64,000 nt of DNA from Chiloscyllium plagiosum (taxonomy: Eukaryota). The notes under the pieces were generated by a model. The model was not told the origin of the DNA, did not search any database, and saw only the letters and a program-made list of their open reading frames with translations. The number at the start of each line of letters is the position of its first letter. Within the stretch, counting starts at the first letter, position 1. Both the position numbers and the translations under genes were made by a program. This document shows positions 61,966 to 64,000 of the stretch, in pieces. The stretch spans positions 21,535,283 to 21,599,282 of the forward strand of contig NC_057726.1 of NCBI RefSeq assembly GCF_004010195.1. Direction: 5' to 3'.

Positions 61966-63339
61966 CTTCCAAATAAACCTGTTGGACTATAACCTGGTGT
62001 TGTGTGATTTTTAACTTTGTACACCCCAGTCCAACACCGGCATCTCCAAATCATAACTTCAATTTTCAAGCCATCTGTCATTTGTGTCTCTTCCTTTCTC
62101 TTATACTTATCCTTGAAATTCACACTCCAGAACATCTCTGATGAGTTTGTTTCCTCTTAGGATGTGTCCTATCCAGACTCCATGCTGGCTTTTAATTAAT
62201 TCATTACATTCAAACAGTTCTTTTTTGTCCATTCACTGTCCACAGTACCTGGTCATTTGTTACTTGTCCTTTCTCCTCCAAACCAACATTTCAAAATTAT
62301 TTAGCAAGTTAGTTTCTTTTTCCATAGGTCCAAATGTTAGGGTCCTAGCTGATAGTAATATTGAACAAGTCAGATCATAGAATAAGACTTGAATTGATAG
62401 ATCATAAGTCAGAACTTTGCTGTTTGGTACCATGGTAGTCAGTTATTGAGCATAAGAGACTGCCAATGTACTTTTAACAGGAGAATATTAAAACTTATTA
62501 CATACTAAATAAAATGATGCAAGTACGATTTGAACTGATCATGCTGCAAAACTCAGAAATAAATATTCAACACCTTTACCCTCAACATTCTTATTGACAC
62601 TTCTACCTCAGTGAAGGGGGCAGTCCTATCTTTAATTTACTGAGTTGGCACGACTGTAACTGGTTTCATTTCAGCAAGGTACTGAATTCACTTACTGCTA
62701 TGTTCTTTAGTTAATGTCTCTGAGTTCAACAAACAAGCTGCTAACTCAGCTCACTTACTCCTTAACATGTGTTCCTTAAGCTCATGTGTTCAAAGCTCTA
62801 TAGGCTTCTGACACCTACAAAACATTTTGATTTTTGAGTTTTTTTTACCACAATGGAATTATGCTGCTTCTCCTTGGAGACTGCTAAATGTACAACACAT
62901 CTGCTTTGACAGACCTGTTCTCTCTCCTTCTTGGTTGGTCTGAATTTGTGATACTAAATTCCTGACATGAGGCAATAGCAGGTTCCTTTTTTTGCCTCTT
63001 CTACTTGTTTTTCTTAAGCAATTAACTATTCACCTCAAGGGTTTTAAAGACCTCATGCAAATACCTGTGAATAAATCTCCAGGCACTCCATTCCAATTCA
63101 TAAGACAAATCTAAAATGAAACTTAAAAAGTCCTTCCCCTTCTTCATGCATAGAACGTAGAAATAAAAGTCAAATTCAAAGCTATACATTATTTCTGCCA
63201 TTTGATCAAGATCTCAAACAATAATAAAGGCATTATGATTCACCATCATGTAAGTCCCATATCCATTTGAAAAAAAAAAGTCCTAATTCATAGAAACCTT
63301 AAACATTCATCATTTTCCTCCAATATCCAGCATAAAAAC

Positions 63340-63700
63340 GAATCGGCAGACTGCAGCTGGTATGAATTTTGGAATCTAAGTGAACATTTACAAAATCAGA
63401 GTGATGCATAACTACCAATAAATATTCATAAATTCGTGGAAAGAAAACTAGATTAGGTGCAAGAATTCAAATATTTTGGGAGCATAACATTGCAAATGAA
63501 AAGTACAACAAAGAATTAAGAACAAAGACAGCAATGAGAAATGCCATATTCGTTCAATGGAATGAATAGTTAAGTGGAAAGCTGAATATCCAAATCAAAA
63601 AGCGACTTGTAGAGAGCTTAGTTTGGGGTTTTGCTCCAAATGCAAGTGAAACATGGACCTTACAGAAAAGAGACCAAATTTGTAATGCAATTCTGAAGTT
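63340..63700 (+). mobile_element. Ancient RTE-clade LINE RT C-terminal remnant
   Basis: Fragments AAGMNFGI*VNIYKIRVM, RKLD*VQEFKYFGS, KELRTKTAMRNAIF and LSGKLNIQIKKRLVESLVWGFAPNASETWTLQKRD match the RTE pattern FKYLGS...EI..RI.MA..AF...LY..ETWTL. Confidence 0.7.
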
Positions 63701-64000
63701 ATGAAGCCTTAAAAATGGTACTAACTTGGGATAACAGCAGCAGTATTAAAAATAGATGTATTCTCCAAAGTCTAATTATATGAAAACAAAACAAAGTTGT
63801 TCGAGAGCCAGTATTTGTAGAATGTGCTATGCAACATTTTTAAAAATTTTATTCAACTACAATTAATCATGACAGCATATGGACTGTCTGATTGCCTAAT
63901 GACTGCATTTTGCCTCCAATACCCAGTTATCTGTTGCCACTGGGGGGACAGGAAGGGGTTCTGTGCCTTGAAAGAACTGACAGCCTGCGTCAGCAACTCC

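Larger units (their letters stand above)
61353..62052. mobile_element. About 700-bp palindromic PLE insertion (inverted pLTR arms plus tail) with 17-bp TSD
   Basis: TSD ataacttcaattttcaa at 61336-61352 and 62053-62069. The left arm (to about 61745) is the reverse complement of the right arm (about 61760-62018). Unpaired tail gtacaccccagtccaacaccggcatctccaaatc. Confidence 0.92.

Noticed and set aside
13568-62069. CRISPR-like or prokaryotic system suggested by direct repeats around spacers
   Set aside because: Each repeat pair is unique and flanks a retroelement, so they are TSDs. The context is a vertebrate intron with no array and no cas genes.

Overview
Eukaryotic, repeat-rich intronic DNA from a cartilaginous fish. 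The HE1-type SINEs, CR1 LINEs and Penelope families point to a shark, probably an orectolobiform such as a bamboo shark (inference). I can support only one host coding segment: a 150-nt, phase 0-0 exon on the minus strand (25027-25176) encoding part of cadherin repeat EC1, best matching CDH13/T-cadherin exon 5. The rest is probably its two very long flanking introns, with a 782-N gap at 10901-11682. These introns hold CR1 and CR1/L2-group LINEs, HE1 V-SINEs, Tx1 and RTE fragments, a decayed Gypsy element with LTR and PBS, solo LTRs and PIF/Harbinger remnants. The most notable signal is a dense set of Penelope-like element (PLE) insertions: RT and GIY-YIG fragments plus about 10 short, often hairpin-shaped pLTR insertions with 9-17 bp target-site duplications (TSDs). 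Their pLTRs carry minimal hammerhead ribozyme motifs (CUGANGA-stem II-GAAA-palindrome-UH) with covarying stem II across families, and several truncation or fold-back points sit at the ribozyme. All family assignments come from motif recognition by eye, not database searches.
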